Source: Selaginella moellendorffii (Eukaryota; Plantae; Lycopodiophyta). Taken from it: DNA of 64,000 nt. The position numbers and the translations under genes were made by a program. The notes under the pieces were generated by a model. The model made no database searches. It was not told where the DNA came from and saw nothing but the letters and a program-made list of their open reading frames with translations. Shown here one piece after another: positions 61,201-64,000 of the stretch. The first letter of the stretch is position 1; each line of letters starts with the position of its first letter. The DNA lies in assembly GCF_000143415.4 (NCBI RefSeq), contig NW_003314288.1, positions 696,642-760,641 of the forward strand, given 5' to 3'.

Positions 61201-64000
61201 TTTGCAAGGTCACTGGACCCAAACATGTCCATTTGGGAGACAAGATCTATGCCAGAGGTAGTGCCCATGGTAGATATTTTGAAGACAAAGGGGCGCTCTT
61301 GCTCATTCATAACTTGGTCTGGAAACAAACTTCCATGGATGAACACATATGGATAGGTCTGTTTTAATTCAAGGATGGAGTCAATTTTTGATTGCAACTT
61401 CCCCTCTTGAGATTCACACATCCAAGATTTTATCCTAAACAATATAATGTAAGAAAAAATTATTATTATAACGTATGAAAAATAACGGATGTACCTCCTT
61501 AGGCTAGCAGCAGGTTGTACTCCTCGTAGTAAGTCCCGCAAGCTAGCCTCGTTTAGTTAAGTCTTTTGGCAACCTGGATTGAGTAAGGTATTTGCGATAA
61601 AATCCTTGAGGACGGTTTTCTGAACATGCTTCGGAGTTGCAAATGAGTTTCTCATAGTCTCTTCCTATACAACATCTTTGAAATGGTTGCACAATGTTTA
61701 TAGTTCATTGTGGCGGGCATTTAGATTGTGTGGATGAAGCATGCAATCGAGACCGCTCTAGAAACTCTATATTTTTCGAAGGGTCTGCAGTCAATCCTCC
61801 AGCCTGTGACACCATTGCTGTTGGATTCAAATATCGATTCTACAAAAATGCTCCTATGTCGTGCTATCTGCAAGGCCAAGATGTACTACTTTCTTCCACG
61901 GGATGGAGTGGCTGGAAGAGTTGCAGTGCATGTTGGCACACATATGCATCCAATGCAGGAAGGGATACAAAGGCTGAAGAGTTGTCGGTAGCTTCCAAGT
62001 CTACGTGCACTTGTTTTTGTATAGGCTTGTGAGTGAGCTTCCATCCTTCTACAACGGCAACTATTTCTTCGAGCTACCACCTCTTGTCAGTAGCACAGGT
62101 TCTAAACGAAAAGGGATGGAAACCAAGCAGGATGTCCACAATTGGTGCAAAATCAAGACCACACACTTCCAACATTTTGAAGGTTGATTAAGAAGCATGA
62201 AAACTAAAAAGCATTGTTAACGGCTTTGAATATTGTTGAAGTTGGAGCTGAAGATGGAGCTGGAGCTGGTGAATTTAGCGCTGACACTAGCATGACATCT
62301 CCACTTGAACTAGAAGAGGACAAGAGGATAACGACTGACTCTTGCTTCACATTCACTTTGGCTGGAGTGCATTTTGGCATTTTGACTGGAGATCCAAACA
62401 CTCGAATCTCCTTCGACTTGGAATTTTGTAAATCCCATTGTTGTCCACCCTCGCCCACACCAGAAAGAAGAAACTCCGAGTATGCAACTATACCGGTGTC
62501 ATTGCAGATCACAGCCTCTAAAGAAATAGAGCCAAGATGAAGATCAAAACGGCGACATAAAAAACTTTCAGAAACAATACTCTAAGAGAATGAAAGAGGT
62601 GGGTGATCTCGAAAATGAAGAAGAAACCTCTCCATCCTTCTCAATAGGTTTTGGAGTTCTCTCTCTTTATGCTACTTGTAAAAATCTATAGTGAAACATA
62701 ATTGAAATTTAAATAGAGTAATAAGAAGACAACGTACAAAATGAATTTAAATTCTATAGAAAATTTAACATGTGTAAGTGTGACAGTATTAATATCACTG
62801 TCATCTATTATTATGTCTAATGCATGTATACACATAGATCCAAGGAAAGATTTTTAGCACGTGAAGTTTGATAGTTAATAATGATACCAGTAATGACATT
62901 CTGCTATAACATGTTAAACCAAGAGATCCAATCTAACTATTAGCACGTGTGATATGTCAAGTTGTCAAATTTTAAAAGGTAGATGATAATAAATCTTGTC
63001 AAATCTTATTCTTCAATAACAGATTTGATTTGTATTACAACTCAAGTTTTATCCATAATTGTGAACACTGCTCAATGACATTTAAAGCACATGCCTATTG
63101 TTTAGGATCTAATACAACACAAAATAAATTTCTGGATGAGGATTCATCCATTCATAGATGGATATAGTACAACATATTTTAACGTGCCTTATTTATACTC
63201 TTTAAAGTTCTTGTAACAATTCCAAAATATGTACAAAATATTGATGAGAATGCATCCTTTCTAGATAATTTGTAAAATATAATATAATATCTCTAATAAC
63301 AAAAACGTTGATAGGTGCTAGTTATACCATCATTAAAATATACAAAATAAAGAAGCATAATTTACATATAATAATAATGATAAGATAAAATAAGATCAAA
63401 GATATTATGATGGTTGAGATTTAGGTTATTCGGAATGAACGGCCAGGATTAGAGATTGGTTAGGGTTAGGGCAGCCGTCAGGATTAGGGTTAGGGTAGCT
63501 GCCAAGATTAGGTTACTGTTCGCACCGTGAGTGGAGCGCGGGAGAGATCAAGAGATTGAGTGCGAAGGAGATCGAGGGATTGAACGCGAAGGAGATCAAG
63601 GGATTGAGCACGCAAGAGATCGAGAGATTGAGTGCATGAGCGGGAGAGATTGAGTGCACGAGTGGGAGAGTTTGAGCGTGCAAGCCGGAGAGATTTAGTG
63701 CGCGAGCAGGAGAGATTGAGCGCACAAGAAATCTAGCACAATCAAGAAATCGGGGGAGGAAAGATGCCACCAAGGGTGAGTTTCGATTTGATTGCTTCCA
63801 CTTCCATTTTTTGATTCCATTGCTTCCATTCCATTGCTTCCCTTTTTTTTTCTTGATTGCTTCTTTGTTGCCCGAGGTTGCCGGCCCGAGCTCAACCTCG
63901 GGCAGTTTTGCTCGCCAAGGGGCCGAGGTTATTCAAATAACCTCGGCCCCTCGGGTGGCCAAACTGCCCGAGGTCGAGCTCGGGCCGGCCACCTCGAGCA
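58201..64000 (-). mobile_element. Mutator-like (MULE) DNA transposon with multi-exon SWIM-finger transposase pseudogene (about 59293-62512)
   Basis: WVHFDH, FMADGASANW...TCEFHW (DDE core with CxxH), SWIM-like YTCPDF...PCKHMYYIF, N-terminal WRKY/GCM-like Cys/His pieces. GAGCTC-rich ends at about 58217-58240 and 63870-64000. Right end may lie outside the window. Confidence 0.7.
63530..63730. repeat. Subterminal tandem repeats of about 20-22 bp (GAGAGATTGAGTGC-type)
   Basis: About 9 degenerate units directly visible, preceded by TTAGGG-like motifs at about 63459-63495. Confidence 0.75.

Noticed and set aside
63459-63495. Telomere or interstitial telomeric array
   Set aside because: Only a few TTAGGG hexamers, not a TTTAGGG array. 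More consistent with a TE subterminal or promoter motif.

Overview
Eukaryotic land-plant nuclear DNA, not prokaryotic. Very short (about 50-70 nt) GT-AG introns, S/SS-rich PLS PPR genes and a DYW domain with a PGxSWWTD box suggest a lycophyte such as Selaginella (inference). Most of the window is decayed, nested transposons: several Ty3/gypsy elements, a LINE remnant, a hAT with TIRs and an 8-bp TSD, a PIF/Harbinger carrying a cyclophilin fragment, a Mutator-like/SWIM element, and two 5S-rRNA-bearing Cassandra-like LTRs. Two local duplications are present: 1-6348 repeats at about 53353-58200, and a PPR / alpha-fucosidase / SEC16 block occurs twice in 27.1-48.3 kb. The standout is an intact 1140-aa ORF (7807-11229). 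It fuses an N-terminal PDF motif, the ssDNA-binding module of plant organellar OSB proteins, to a PLS PPR array and an intact DYW cytidine-deaminase domain. Its array is built from about 5.5 near-identical 333-bp repeats whose half-modules are reassorted, giving all four main RNA-recognition code pairs (NN, TN, ND, TD). All calls are by eye; no database searches were run.
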